From Alphaproteobacteria bacterium MarineAlpha9_Bin7 (GTDB taxonomy: Bacteria > Pseudomonadota > Alphaproteobacteria > UBA7887), in contig PTKD01000001.1 of assembly GCA_002938115.1 (NCBI GenBank), forward strand, positions 1 to 45,983: 45,983 nt of DNA, read 5' to 3'. Numbering within the stretch: position 1 is the first letter of the stretch; each line of letters opens with the position of its first letter. The notes beneath the pieces were generated by a model, which saw nothing but the letters and a program-made list of their open reading frames with translations, was not told the DNA's origin and ran no database searches. Below are positions 19,062-30,673 of this stretch, one piece after another. The translations under genes were made by a program, and so were the position numbers.

Positions 19062-21128
19062 TTAAGCATTTTTGATCCATACGGCGGAATCATGAAATAC
19101 ACCACCGCCGTTCGGTGGCCCAGCGTCAGCGCCAATAAGAGTATTGACTCCCAGACCGTTTTCAAAGGCGTGGTTGGGCCAAACGCTCTCAATCACCGCG
19201 ACCCCGGATTGTTGACCACTGGCGACTTCGACGTGGACAATTATTTCTCCGCGCTTATTTCCAACTCGCACCTTCCTACCATCCTTTAGGTGTAAGCGTT
19301 CAACGTCGGCACCACAGAGTTTGACGGTTGGACGCGATTCCTTCTTAATCGAGGTCGTAGTCTCCGTGAAAGAGGTGTTGAGATAGTTGTGGGCGGGAGC
19401 AGTCACTAACCGAAAAGGATGCGTATCGTCAGCTGACTCAATTAGTTCCACATGATCTGGCAGTGTTGGTAGCTCACTGTGATCGGGTCCCTGCTCGGAC
19501 CAATTGGGAGCAAATCTAAATTTTCCATCCTGGAACGCGAAGCCGCCCAAAAAGTGGGCTTCTTCAAAACTCGGCTGACAGTCAATCCAACGGCTTTCTT
19601 TAAGTGCGTCTGCGCCGCTCCAACCTGACTCCTTGAGGGTCTCATCGATAATTTCCCACTCCGTCATAGTAAATCCACGGTGCTGTGCGCCGAGGCGCTC
19701 GGCCAACCCACAGATTACCTCGTGGTTGGAGCGAGACTGACCGACAGGCTCGATTAGCCTAGGGCCAATCGTAATATGCTGGTGTCCCCCGGCTTGGTAG
19801 ATGTCATTATGTTCAAGGAAGGTGGTCGCCGGCAGCAAAATGTCGGCATACGTGGCCGTATCGGTCATGAATTGTTCGTGTACGCAAAAAAACAGGTCTT
19901 TACGAAGCAAGCCCTCTCGCACTTTCGCCGATTCCGGCGCTACCACCGCTGGGTTGGTATTCTGCACCAACATCGCGGTCACGGGGGGCCCGTCTCCTAA
20001 ATCCGTCTTATTGCCGGTCAAAATGGGACCAATTCGACATTGATCGAGCATCCGGATTGAAGGGTCGTGAGCATCGAGTCCTTCTATGAGTGTTTTGTCC
20101 CAATGATAAATGTCCTTGTTCGAATAAAATGCACCGCCCCCGGGGTGGACCCATGCGCCTGTAATTGTTGGCAGACACGCGACAGCATGGGTGTTCACGG
20201 CTCCGTTGCGAGAGCGAGAAAATCCGTAACCAACGCGAATGTAGGTGCGTTTTGTTTCACCATATAGTTTGGCGAAGTCTTCTATCTCGGATTCGTCTAG
20301 GCCCGTAATTCCGGCGGCCCACTGTGGTGAGCGGGATTTCAGGTGTTCTTCCAATCGGCTCGGGCAATCGGCAAATTTAGCCATGTAATCTCTGTTCGCA
20401 TGGCCATCGCGAAATAGTACATGCATGACCGCGCATGCGAGGGCGCCGTCGGTACCGGGCATTAGAGCCAAATGCATATCGGCAACCTGGGCCGTTCGGG
20501 TGCGGTAGGGATCTACGACCACGAACTTCGCATTACGATTCTTACGCGCTTTCTGAACGTGTGTCATGACATTGACTTGGGTGGAAGCCGGGTTTCCTCC
20601 CCAAGAGACGATTAGATCTGACTCAGCCATCTCCCTGGGGTCAGGGCCGCGGAATGCTCCTACTGCGGCGTTCCATCCGGCTCCAACCAGGGTCACACAA
20701 ATTGTGCTGTGTTGGCCTGAATACTTCATCACATGCCGCAAGCGGTTTATTCCGTCCCGCTGCAAAAGGCCCATAGTGCCGGCATAGTAGTGGGGCCACA
20801 CTGTCTCTGGTCCATGCCGCTGAGAAGCCGTTACAAAGGCATTAGCCACTTCGTCGAGAGCACTTTCCCAGGAAATCGGTTTGAACTCTCCCAATCCTTT
20901 TTCGCCGGTACGCCGCATTGGGAAAGTCAATCTGTCTGGATGATGGGTACGCTCTGCGTAACGCGCGACTTTGGCGCACACTACGCCTGACGTATAGCTA
21001 TTTTCACGTGCCCCTCGCACTTTCCCTATCCGATATTGATTGAGTACTTCCACCTCAAGCGCACATGTGCTTGGGCAGTCGTGCGGGCAAGCGGAATAAC
21101 CGACGTGAATTGGCGTATCCTGATCCAT
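19062..21128 (-). CDS. cytoplasmic molybdopterin (bis-MGD) oxidoreductase family protein, substrate unknown
   Basis: 688-aa ORF with no signal peptide. The N-terminal Fe-S cysteine cluster is SACPHDCPSTCAL. The length and C-terminal beta-barrel-like region are typical of DMSO-reductase-family enzymes. Confidence 0.8.
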   Translation of the reverse strand: MDQDTPIHVGYSACPHDCPSTCALEVEVLNQYRIGKVRGARENSYTSGVVCAKVARYAERTHHPDRLTFPMRRTGEKGLGEFKPISWESALDEVANAFVTASQRHGPETVWPHYYAGTMGLLQRDGINRLRHVMKYSGQHSTICVTLVGAGWNAAVGAFRGPDPREMAESDLIVSWGGNPASTQVNVMTHVQKARKNRNAKFVVVDPYRTRTAQVADMHLALMPGTDGALACAVMHVLFRDGHANRDYMAKFADCPSRLEEHLKSRSPQWAAGITGLDESEIEDFAKLYGETKRTYIRVGYGFSRSRNGAVNTHAVACLPTITGAWVHPGGGAFYSNKDIYHWDKTLIEGLDAHDPSIRMLDQCRIGPILTGNKTDLGDGPPVTAMLVQNTNPAVVAPESAKVREGLLRKDLFFCVHEQFMTDTATYADILLPATTFLEHNDIYQAGGHQHITIGPRLIEPVGQSRSNHEVICGLAERLGAQHRGFTMTEWEIIDETLKESGWSGADALKESRWIDCQPSFEEAHFLGGFAFQDGKFRFAPNWSEQGPDHSELPTLPDHVELIESADDTHPFRLVTAPAHNYLNTSFTETTTSIKKESRPTVKLCGADVERLHLKDGRKVRVGNKRGEIIVHVEVASGQQSGVAVIESVWPNHAFENGLGVNTLIGADAGPPNGGGVFHDSAVWIKNA

Positions 21129-21132
21129 TCTT

Positions 21133-22431
<1,299 letters not shown>

Positions 22432-22488
22432 TTATGCTTGACGCATACTTGGCCTTCAACAATTAAATTGGTGAAAAAGGAGAAGCTT

Positions 22489-23676
22489 GTGCAATTAGCT
22501 GCAGGTCTGGCTCGGCTTGGCACCGAAAGCGCATTTGAGCTGTTGGCCCGCGCCAAGGCTCTGGAAGCGCAAGGCCACGACATAATTAATTTGGGGATTG
22601 GACAGCCAGATTTTCGAACTCCGGATCATATAGTAGAGGCGGCGCAGCGGGCCCTTTCTGACGGTCATCATGGATACACGCCCGGGAACGGAATTTTGCC
22701 CTTGCGTGAGGCAGTGGCTGCAGACATTTCGGCATTTAGGGGCGTGGAGATAAACCCTGATCAGGTGGTCATCGTCCCAGGCGGTAAAGTTACTATGTGG
22801 TATGCGATACTCATGTTTGGCGAGCCAGGAGCTGAAATCATGTATCCCAACCCAGGTTTTCCGATCTACGAGTCTGTTATTAACTACTCCGGCGCTAAGG
22901 CAGTTCCTATCCCTCTGCGCGAAGCAAACCAATTTGCTTTCGATGCGGAAGAGGTTTTGGATAAAGTTACATCCGCAACCCGACTAGTCATTTTGAATAG
23001 TCCGGCTAATCCTACTGGTGGGGTAGTGCCACGCGATCAGTTTGATCGTTTGGTGCGTGGATTAGAGGCATATCCAGAGGTTGTGGTGCTATCAGATGAA
23101 ATATACTCGAGATTGCTTTATGACGACGCTGAGTTTGTCTCTCTTCTGGAGTACGAATCCTTGCGCGATCGATTGATTATTTTAGACGGTTGGAGCAAAA
23201 CTTACGCCATGACTGGTTGGCGGATTGGGTATGGGGTTTGGCCAAAGTCGCTCGTTGATTTGGTTACCCGATTGAATATCAATTCCGTTTCGTGCACAAA
23301 CGCGGCGACCCAGTTTGCTGCTATTGCCGCCCTATCGGGCCCACAGGATTCAGTTGTGGAAATGGCAAGGGCGTTCGATGATCGACGTAAATTGATTGTC
23401 CGGGAAACAAACACGATACCTGGTTTTACGTGTATCTTGCCTCAGGGAGCATTTTACACCATGCCAAACATTACAGGGACAGGGTTTTCGTCGAAAGAAA
23501 TGGAAAATTTTCTTTTGGACGAGCTACGTATTGCAGCGGTTGCTGGTACAAGTTTTGGGGCGTACGGAGAGGGCTATATGAGGTTTTCATATGCAAATAG
23601 TTCTGAAAATATTCAACGAGCCATGGGACGCATCCGCGAACGCGCAATCGCTGAAAACTGGGGTAGGGTAAATTAA
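22489..23676 (+). CDS. class I PLP-dependent aminotransferase (paralogue, divergent)
   Basis: GTG 22489 lies 6 nt after AGGAG, while the ORF opens at 22426. The PLP-lysine context is [13 protein letters not shown] and GIGQPDF is near the N-terminus. Confidence 0.8.
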   Translation: MQLAAGLARLGTESAFELLARAKALEAQGHDIINLGIGQPDFRTPDHIVEAAQRALSDGHHGYTPGNGILPLREAVAADISAFRGVEINPDQVVIVPGGKVTMWYAILMFGEPGAEIMYPNPGFPIYESVINYSGAKAVPIPLREANQFAFDAEEVLDKVTSATRLVILNSPANPTGGVVPRDQFDRLVRGLEAYPEVVVLSDEIYSRLLYDDAEFVSLLEYESLRDRLIILDGWSKTYAMTGWRIGYGVWPKSLVDLVTRLNINSVSCTNAATQFAAIAALSGPQDSVVEMARAFDDRRKLIVRETNTIPGFTCILPQGAFYTMPNITGTGFSSKEMENFLLDELRIAAVAGTSFGAYGEGYMRFSYANSSENIQRAMGRIRERAIAENWGRVN

Positions 23677-23744
23677 GTAACAAAACTCAGTGTCAACTAG
23701 GTTTCTCAGTGTTGTAAATCCGAACGCCTCAAGTTTTCGTTAAA

Positions 23745-25814
23745 ATGAAGTGGAACAAAAGTCCCAGCGTGGAAATGCAAGTTGATAGTATAGCAGGGGC
23801 CGGCTCACCGGCGCAGCAATTCGAGCTTAATTCTGATTTTGCGCCATCGGGTGATCAGCCGTACGCCATTAAGGCGCTGATGGATGGCCTCGGCCGAGGT
23901 GAGCGAGAGCAGGTTTTGCTTGGGGTCACCGGTTCCGGGAAGACGTTCACTATGGCCCAAGTGATCGAGAAATCGCAAAGGCCGAGTTTAATTCTTGCTC
24001 CGAATAAGACACTGGCAGCTCAACTGTATGGGGAGATGGCGCAGTTCTTCCCTCAAAATGCTGTGGAATACTTTGTGTCTTATTATGACTATTACCAGCC
24101 CGAGGCATATGTGCCGCGCTCCGATACTTATATCGAGAAAGATGCCTCGATCAATGAGCAGATCGATCGGATGCGTCATTCTGCCACACGTGCGCTTTTG
24201 GAAAATGATGACGTCGTTATTGTCGCAAGTGTGTCGTGCATATACGGCATTGGGTCCCTTGAGACATATTCCCAGATGGTCATTGATTTGACTACAGGTG
24301 GCAGCGTTGATCGAAATCAACTGCTTCGTCAGTTGGTTGAGTTGCAATACAAACGAAATGACACAAATTTTTTGAGGGGCGTGTTTCGTGTTCGGGGTGA
24401 CAGCGTAGAGATATTTCCAGCTCACTACGAGGACAGGGCATGGCGTTTGTCATTGTTTGGTAATGAAATAGAATCCATCGTTGAATTTGATCCACTTACC
24501 GGTGAGAAAATGGCTCACCTGGGTTCGATCCGAGTTTATGCAAATAGCCACTACGTAACGCCACGACCAACGATGCAGCAGGCTGTTAAGGGCATTCGAT
24601 CAGAGCTCCGTAATCGGGTGGAAGAATTTGTGTCTGCAGGAAAATTGGTAGAAGCGCAGCGGCTGCAACAGCGTACAACTTTTGACCTTGAAATGATGGA
24701 AACAACGGGTTCTTGTGCCGGGATTGAAAACTACTCCCGATATCTAACGGGCCGTAGCCCTGGCGAGCCGCCGCCTACGCTGTTTGAGTATTTGCCAGAG
24801 AATGCACTGGTCATTGTCGACGAAAGCCACGTAACAGTGCCACAGCTAGGCGGCATGTTCCGAGGTGATTTTAAACGAAAATCTACACTTGCCGAGTACG
24901 GTTTTCGGCTTCCGTCCTGCGTTGATAATCGGCCACTAAAGTTTGAGGAATGGGATGCTATGCGTCCACAGACCTTGTTTGTATCGGCAACGCCCGGACC
25001 TTGGGAGCTCGACCGGACCCACGGTGTCTTTGTCGAACAGATCATCCGCCCCACCGGCTTGATCGACCCGGTCTGCCTCGTGCGCCCCGCGTCATCTCAG
25101 GTGGACGACCTTCTCGGTGAGTGTCGATCTTGTGCTGCTGAGGGCAAACGAACCCTTGTGACCACCTTAACGAAACGTATGGCGGAGGACTTAACTGAAT
25201 ATTTGAGTGAGAATGGATTGCGAGTGCGTTATTTGCATTCGGACATCGACACCATCGAGCGGATAGAAATTATTCGTGATCTACGTTTAGGCGTCTTTGA
25301 TGTGCTTGTTGGCATTAATTTATTGCGAGAAGGGCTGGACATACCGGAATGCGCTCTAGTCGCAATACTGGATGCTGACAAGGAAGGGTTTCTGCGCTCG
25401 AAGACCTCGTTGATCCAGACCATCGGTCGCGCTGCGCGAAATGTCGAAGGCCGTTGCATTTTATATGCCGAGAAAAGAACAAATTCTCTCCAGGCTGCGC
25501 TCAATGAAACCGACCGCCGACGAGAAAAACAACAGAGATACAATGAGGCCCATGGGATCACACCAATTAGCATCCAAAAATCGATCAGCCGCATTCTGCA
25601 AAATGTTAGTGAGTCAGATTATCTGACGGTCGATATAGGTCTGGAGGGCGTCGATAATAGAATTGGCCATAATTTGAGTAGTCACATTGATGATCTGGAG
25701 AAACGAATGCGTGAAGCGGCAGCAGACCTAGAGTTTGAGGAGGCGGCGCGTTTGCGAGATGAAGTCCGAAGACTCCAAGCTATCGATCTGGGTTTGCCTG
25801 GGAAGTCGAGTTAG
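23745..25814 (+). CDS. uvrB: excinuclease ABC subunit B
   Basis: 689-aa ORF with Walker [11 protein letters not shown], the [10 protein letters not shown] beta-hairpin region, helicase motifs and a C-terminal UVR domain ([13 protein letters not shown]). Confidence 0.97.
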   Translation: MKWNKSPSVEMQVDSIAGAGSPAQQFELNSDFAPSGDQPYAIKALMDGLGRGEREQVLLGVTGSGKTFTMAQVIEKSQRPSLILAPNKTLAAQLYGEMAQFFPQNAVEYFVSYYDYYQPEAYVPRSDTYIEKDASINEQIDRMRHSATRALLENDDVVIVASVSCIYGIGSLETYSQMVIDLTTGGSVDRNQLLRQLVELQYKRNDTNFLRGVFRVRGDSVEIFPAHYEDRAWRLSLFGNEIESIVEFDPLTGEKMAHLGSIRVYANSHYVTPRPTMQQAVKGIRSELRNRVEEFVSAGKLVEAQRLQQRTTFDLEMMETTGSCAGIENYSRYLTGRSPGEPPPTLFEYLPENALVIVDESHVTVPQLGGMFRGDFKRKSTLAEYGFRLPSCVDNRPLKFEEWDAMRPQTLFVSATPGPWELDRTHGVFVEQIIRPTGLIDPVCLVRPASSQVDDLLGECRSCAAEGKRTLVTTLTKRMAEDLTEYLSENGLRVRYLHSDIDTIERIEIIRDLRLGVFDVLVGINLLREGLDIPECALVAILDADKEGFLRSKTSLIQTIGRAARNVEGRCILYAEKRTNSLQAALNETDRRREKQQRYNEAHGITPISIQKSISRILQNVSESDYLTVDIGLEGVDNRIGHNLSSHIDDLEKRMREAAADLEFEEAARLRDEVRRLQAIDLGLPGKSS

Positions 25815-25898
25815 TGCTCAGATTAAATTTGGCGATTGCGATTTCTTCGTCGGGGGCGTTTCTTGCACCAAGTAAGAGATTAGGCCAAGTTCTATAAT

Positions 25899-26663
25899 AT
25901 GGGTCCGGGAATAGTTCTAGTTACTGGCGCCGCAACCCGAATAGGCCGTGCCATTGCACTTGCGCTCGGCGTGGCTGGCTGGGGCGTTGTGGTGCATCAT
26001 AATCGATCGAAGGAAGCGGCAGCTGACGTTGTTGCAGAGATTGAAAATGCTGGCTCACGTGCAATTTCTCTTGCTGCCGACCTCACGGATCCACAACAGA
26101 CCTTGGATTTAGTGCCTCTGGCGGTAAAAGCATTGGGCCCCATCGATTGTTTGATCAACAATGCGGCGTTTTTTGAGCACGACGATATTGAATCGCTGGA
26201 TAGCGTAAGTTGGGGCGCGCATCTGAGCGTTAATTTGACGGCGCCTCTAATGCTCACACAAGCTTTTGCGTCACAACTGCCAACAGGGGTTATTGAGGGC
26301 AACGTCATTAATATTATTGATCAGCGCGTGTGGAATCCCACCCCATATTTCGTGTCTTACACGCTGAGCAAAGCGGGTCTTTGGACGATGACCCGGACTT
26401 TGGCGCTGGCGTTGGCACCTCGGATACGAGTTAATGGCATTGGGCCGGGCCCAACTTTGGCCAGCGTGCGACAAAGTCAGGCCGATTTTGAGCAACAATG
26501 GCGATCTGTGCCTTTGCAACGCAGGACTGACCTGCAAGATATTTGCGAAGCTGTGATTTACATTTTGGGCGCCCGTGCCATGACTGGACAAATGATTGCG
26601 TTAGATAACGGCCAACATTTGAGTTGGTCTCCAGCGCATTGCAGTCAACCGGCGAAGGAGTAA
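25899..26663 (+). CDS. SDR-family oxidoreductase, pteridine-reductase / FolM-like
   Basis: 254-aa ORF with VTGAATRIGRAIA and YTLSK (YxxxK). It lies directly upstream of folB, an arrangement I recall for pteridine-reductase-type SDRs. Confidence 0.7.
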   Translation: MGPGIVLVTGAATRIGRAIALALGVAGWGVVVHHNRSKEAAADVVAEIENAGSRAISLAADLTDPQQTLDLVPLAVKALGPIDCLINNAAFFEHDDIESLDSVSWGAHLSVNLTAPLMLTQAFASQLPTGVIEGNVINIIDQRVWNPTPYFVSYTLSKAGLWTMTRTLALALAPRIRVNGIGPGPTLASVRQSQADFEQQWRSVPLQRRTDLQDICEAVIYILGARAMTGQMIALDNGQHLSWSPAHCSQPAKE

Positions 26664-26670
26664 AATAGGC

Positions 26671-27102
26671 GTGGTTGGAACCAAATCTGGCAGAGGCGAC
26701 CGTGCTTCCCTAGTTACGGCTCCATTGCCATCCTCATGTGCACTAAAGCACCGGCTATTCGTGCGCGGATTGGTTTTGCCTTGCAGAATTGGTGTCCATC
26801 GACACGAGCGGGATGTGCCGCAACGTGTCAGAATAAATGTGGAATTGGAGATTCGTGATCTTCAGTCGCCGAGGCGGGATGCAATCAGTGAGGTGGTTAG
26901 CTATGACGACGTCGTTGCAGGCGTCAAACAAATGGTCGGGAGTGACCACATAAATTTGGTAGAAAGCCTCGCCGATAGAATTGCCGAATTTTGTCTGAAG
27001 GACCTGCGTGTTGAGCGGGTCAAAATAATGGTTGAGAAATTAGATGTTTTTAATGATGGCGCAATCGTTGGCGTTGAGATTGAGCGGATATCCAGGGCGT
27101 AG
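26671..27102 (+). CDS. folB: dihydroneopterin aldolase
   Basis: The LFVRGLVLPCRIGVHRHERDVPQRVRINVELEI pattern is typical of FolB. The start is uncertain: GTG 26671 or TTG 26725. Confidence 0.75.
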   Translation: MVGTKSGRGDRASLVTAPLPSSCALKHRLFVRGLVLPCRIGVHRHERDVPQRVRINVELEIRDLQSPRRDAISEVVSYDDVVAGVKQMVGSDHINLVESLADRIAEFCLKDLRVERVKIMVEKLDVFNDGAIVGVEIERISRA

Positions 27103-27415
27103 ATTTTGTTAAGGCGTTTTTCGCTACGAGCGCTTGCTTTCGCCTAACGGTTTGGATTGCAAGAAGGCCAGGATTCGGCCCAGAGACAACGGATTCTAGC
27201 GGGAAAATACCAAGCATTGAGAAATTTGTTCACAAGCGCCAATCATGAGGAGCATCTGCTGCCCCTTTACTTCTCTCTCATTTTCTGGTCACCAATGAGA
27301 AAAATTGGCCTACCTCAATAATCAATTAAATCAATACGTTATGATATTTGATGAAATTTTAGGCAAACCTGTAGAAAGACCCTGCTTCCGCCTTACCACG
27401 TGCTCGTACCGCTAT

Positions 27416-27450
27416 TTATCCACACACTTTCCCACAGGTTTCGTGGATAT
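27416..27450. promoter_or_regulatory. cluster of DnaA-box-like sites upstream of uvrC
   Basis: A perfect TTATCCACA lies at 27416-27424. TTTCCCACA (7/9) lies at 27428-27436. The inverted ATATCCACG (7/9) lies at 27442-27450. Confidence 0.45.
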
Positions 27451-27539
27451 CCGCATGTTCGTTAGCGCTTAACTCACCAAAATCTCACCTTGGCGTCAAA
27501 AATTAATGTCTTGTATGAACTTCACGGGCCTGTCTCACG

Positions 27540-29507
27540 TTGACGGGACCTCTCTTGGGATTGATATTTGATATCGTGAACATAGCACGGAGCGAGCGAA
27601 AGGGGCATCCGGAAGTGGTTGTTGCTGGAGGTCAGGAGCAAGATATCGTCGGCGTGGAAGTGATCCGCAGGAACGTTGGCACTCTGCCAAGCCAGCCTGG
27701 GGTATATCGAATGCTCGATGCGCGTGGAAAGGCACTTTATGTCGGGAAAGCCCGAAATCTCAAGCGAAGGGTATCTAGTTATGCGAGGGGAGCGTCTCAT
27801 GGTGGTCGTATCGCTCAGATGGTTTGCCAAATCAGCACCCTTGAAATCATCACTACTCACACTGAGGCAGAGGCACTCTTACTTGAGGCGAATCTGATAA
27901 AGAAATTAAAGCCACGCTATAACGTTGTCCTGAGGGATGATAAATCACATCCATATATTTTACTTTCTGGCGACCACGCTTGGCCCAAATTGGTCAAACA
28001 TCGTGGTGCTCGATCACGCAAAGGGGAGTATTTTGGCCCCTTCGCGTCGGCTGGTGCCGTTAACCGTACTTTAAATGCCCTGCAACGCGCGTTTCCCTTG
28101 CGAACTTGCTCCGACAGCGTGTTCTCAAATCGATCGCGCCCGTGCTTGCAATATCAGATTAAGCGGTGCACAGCACCGTGCGTAGATTACATCTCTCGCG
28201 AAGAATACGCGTATTTGGTCGGAGAAACACGAGACTTTCTTTCAGGCAAAAGCGCTAAGGTAGCTAACGGCCTCGCTGCTCGTATGCAGGAAGCCGGCGA
28301 GCAACTTGAATTTGAGACTGCATCTATTCTGAGGGACCGGATTCGTGCGCTTGCCCACATACAATCACATCAGGGTATTAACGTTAGGTCAGTTGATGAT
28401 GCGGATGTGATAGCAGTGGATCAACAGGCTGGACAAACTTGTATCCAAGTATTCTTTTTCAGGGGAGGCAGTAATTATGGCAATCGCGCCCATTTCCCCA
28501 CACACCACCGGGAGAATTCGGTTGCCGAAGTCCTGGGGCCCTTTGTCGGTCAATTTTACGAAGGCCGCAACGCTCCCAAGAGTGTGCTTTTAAGCCACGA
28601 TATTGAACATGTGAAGCTTGTCGAAGAGGCTCTGAACATACAGAGTAGTCACCGGGTGCGATTGCTTGTTCCGCGCCGCGGTGAAAAGCGTCGACTCGTC
28701 CAGCACGCCTTAACAAATGCTCGTCATGCTCTGGACCGTAGGCTGTCGGAGAGCGCTTCGCAACGACGTTTGCTGGAAGGCTTGGCCGAGACCTTGGAGC
28801 TAGACTTTCCGCCGAATCGTATAGAGGTTTATGACAATAGCCATACCTCCGGCTCCCAGGCCGTAGGTGCCATGATCGTTGCAGGTTTGGGTGGGCTGAC
28901 TAAGAATGCGTACCGAAAATTTAATATTCGCGTCGATTCTAAACCTGGAAGTGGTGCCGAGATCAAACCTGGTGATGACTATGGCATGATGCGACAGGTG
29001 CTTACGAGGCGGTTCGCGCGTTTGCAAAAAGAGGATCCAGATCGCACCGATAAGCAGTGGCCGGACTTGGTGCTGGTCGATGGAGGTGCGGGGCAGCTTT
29101 CGGTCGCGGGCGAGGAGTTTGCGGATTTGGGCGTTCGTGATGTGGCCCTAGCTGCGGTAGCTAAGGGTCCCGAGCGAGCTGCTGGACGTGAACGTATCTA
29201 CCTTCCGGGACGTGCTCCAATAATGCTACCCCCCTCAGATCCGGTGCTTTATTTTCTACAGCGTTTACGAGATGAGGCTCATCGCTTCGCGATAGGGACG
29301 CATCGAACCCGACGTTCGCGTGATCTCCGGCGCTCTGAGCTGGACGAAATTCTGGGCGTCGGGTCAAAAAGGAAACGTGCACTTTTGCATCGTTTTGGCT
29401 CGGTTAGAGCAGTTGCGGATGCGGGGTTGCAAGATCTTCAGGAGGTAGTTGGCATTAACCACAAGGTAGCGCAACTGATATACAATCATTTTCACAGCAA
29501 TGACTGA
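27540..29507 (+). CDS. uvrC: excinuclease ABC subunit C
   Basis: GIY-YIG domain ([29 protein letters not shown]), UVR domain ([16 protein letters not shown]) and a C-terminal HhH region. The exact start is uncertain; TTG 27540 is the earliest option. Confidence 0.95.
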   Translation: MTGPLLGLIFDIVNIARSERKGHPEVVVAGGQEQDIVGVEVIRRNVGTLPSQPGVYRMLDARGKALYVGKARNLKRRVSSYARGASHGGRIAQMVCQISTLEIITTHTEAEALLLEANLIKKLKPRYNVVLRDDKSHPYILLSGDHAWPKLVKHRGARSRKGEYFGPFASAGAVNRTLNALQRAFPLRTCSDSVFSNRSRPCLQYQIKRCTAPCVDYISREEYAYLVGETRDFLSGKSAKVANGLAARMQEAGEQLEFETASILRDRIRALAHIQSHQGINVRSVDDADVIAVDQQAGQTCIQVFFFRGGSNYGNRAHFPTHHRENSVAEVLGPFVGQFYEGRNAPKSVLLSHDIEHVKLVEEALNIQSSHRVRLLVPRRGEKRRLVQHALTNARHALDRRLSESASQRRLLEGLAETLELDFPPNRIEVYDNSHTSGSQAVGAMIVAGLGGLTKNAYRKFNIRVDSKPGSGAEIKPGDDYGMMRQVLTRRFARLQKEDPDRTDKQWPDLVLVDGGAGQLSVAGEEFADLGVRDVALAAVAKGPERAAGRERIYLPGRAPIMLPPSDPVLYFLQRLRDEAHRFAIGTHRTRRSRDLRRSELDEILGVGSKRKRALLHRFGSVRAVADAGLQDLQEVVGINHKVAQLIYNHFHSND

Positions 29508-29576
29508 GCTCTGCACATGCGGAGCTTTTTGCCACGCAATAAACTCTTTTTTTATGAGGTGCGCGACTACACCACT

Positions 29577-30143
29577 ATGATCCATCGTCTTCCAAATATT
29601 CTGACAATTCTTCGAATAATTTTGATCCCTTTGCTCGTTTTGGGTTTTCAGCTTCCGGGTATGTGGTGTAACTGGGTGACCTTATCTATTTTCGTGATTG
29701 CGGGAGCCACAGATTATTTTGATGGCCTTTTGGCGCGGCGGCTGGAAGCAACGACGGATTTTGGGCGTATGTTAGACCCTATCGCGGACAAGATGCTGGC
29801 TGTCGCAGCTATTGCGATGCTTCTGTCAGTCGGAAATATACCTTTAATACCGGCGTTGATAATAGTTTGTCGGGAAATCCTGGTTTCAGGCCTTCGAGAG
29901 TATTTGGCCAACCTGTCAATAGGGATACCGGTAACCTCACTTGCCAAATGGAAAACCGCTGTGCAATTTGCTGCATTGGCGATGTTGCTGGCTGGTGATG
30001 CAGTCCGCTGGCCTGCCGGAGAAGTTGTCGGCATGTCTGAGATTGGCTCGGGTTTTATTTGGCTAGCAGCGGCGTTAACTGTGGTCACGGGCTACGGGTA
30101 CTGGAGAACAGGATATCGTCATATAATCCGCGATAAAAATTAG
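29577..30143 (+). CDS. pgsA: CDP-diacylglycerol--glycerol-3-phosphate 3-phosphatidyltransferase
   Basis: The internal ATG at 29577 (MIHRLPNILTILR) gives 188 aa. The signature is DGLLARRLEATTDFGRMLDPIAD. Position after uvrC is typical. Confidence 0.85.
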   Translation: MIHRLPNILTILRIILIPLLVLGFQLPGMWCNWVTLSIFVIAGATDYFDGLLARRLEATTDFGRMLDPIADKMLAVAAIAMLLSVGNIPLIPALIIVCREILVSGLREYLANLSIGIPVTSLAKWKTAVQFAALAMLLAGDAVRWPAGEVVGMSEIGSGFIWLAAALTVVTGYGYWRTGYRHIIRDKN

Positions 30144-30154
30144 GGTGCCTGTCT

Positions 30155-30673
30155 GTGAATGTGCTTGGTATTGCTGGTTGGAGTGGTAGTGGGAAAACTA
30201 CGTTGGTCACGCGGTTGCTTGTGGAGTTAGTCGGGAGAGGAGTTTCGGTATCGACAGTAAAACATGCCCATCATGACTTTGACATTGATCAGGTGGGGAA
30301 AGATTCCCATAAACACAGGCAAGCCGGCGCCCGCCAAGTGATGGTTAGTTCACGGGTGCGGTGGGCGTTGATCGAAGAATTAGGGGCGTCACCCGAACTT
30401 GGCTTAGATGAACTGCTGAAGCAAATGAGCCCTGTCGATTTGGTTTTGGTTGAAGGTTTTAAATTCGGCCATCACGAAAAAATTGAGGTCTATCGGAAGG
30501 GTTGCAGTAATTCACAATTGTTTCCGGATGACCCAAATATAATTGCTGTCGCGAGCGATGTCCCCTTGTCTGGGGTCAACCGGCCGGTCCTCGATTTAAA
30601 CAACGTAGCTGCGATTGGGGAGTTTATCGTTGCTCGTTGGGATTTGAGTGTCCAAAAAAATGACTCAACTTAG
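30155..30673 (+). CDS. mobB: molybdopterin-guanine dinucleotide biosynthesis adaptor protein
   Basis: 172-aa ORF with Walker A GWSGSGKTT and KHAHH. Confidence 0.85.
   Translation: MNVLGIAGWSGSGKTTLVTRLLVELVGRGVSVSTVKHAHHDFDIDQVGKDSHKHRQAGARQVMVSSRVRWALIEELGASPELGLDELLKQMSPVDLVLVEGFKFGHHEKIEVYRKGCSNSQLFPDDPNIIAVASDVPLSGVNRPVLDLNNVAAIGEFIVARWDLSVQKNDST

Noticed and set aside
23677-23744. SOS (LexA) operators upstream of uvrB, and also upstream of uvrC near 27455-27470
   Set aside because: I looked for the alphaproteobacterial GTTC-N7-GTTC / GAAC-N7-GAAC direct repeat. Only half-matches were found (GAAC-N7-GTTT before uvrB, GTTC-N7-CTTA before uvrC).
23988-24425. 145-aa antisense ORF within uvrB
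   Set aside because: It is a shadow ORF inside a highly conserved gene, with no motifs.
27103-27539. Possible chromosomal replication origin, because of the DnaA boxes
   Set aside because: Only one perfect box and two degenerate ones are present. I saw no obvious AT-rich unwinding repeats and no TTAA-N7-TTAA CtrA site. The flanking genes (folB, uvrC) are not the usual origin neighbours. A regulatory or titration site is more plausible.
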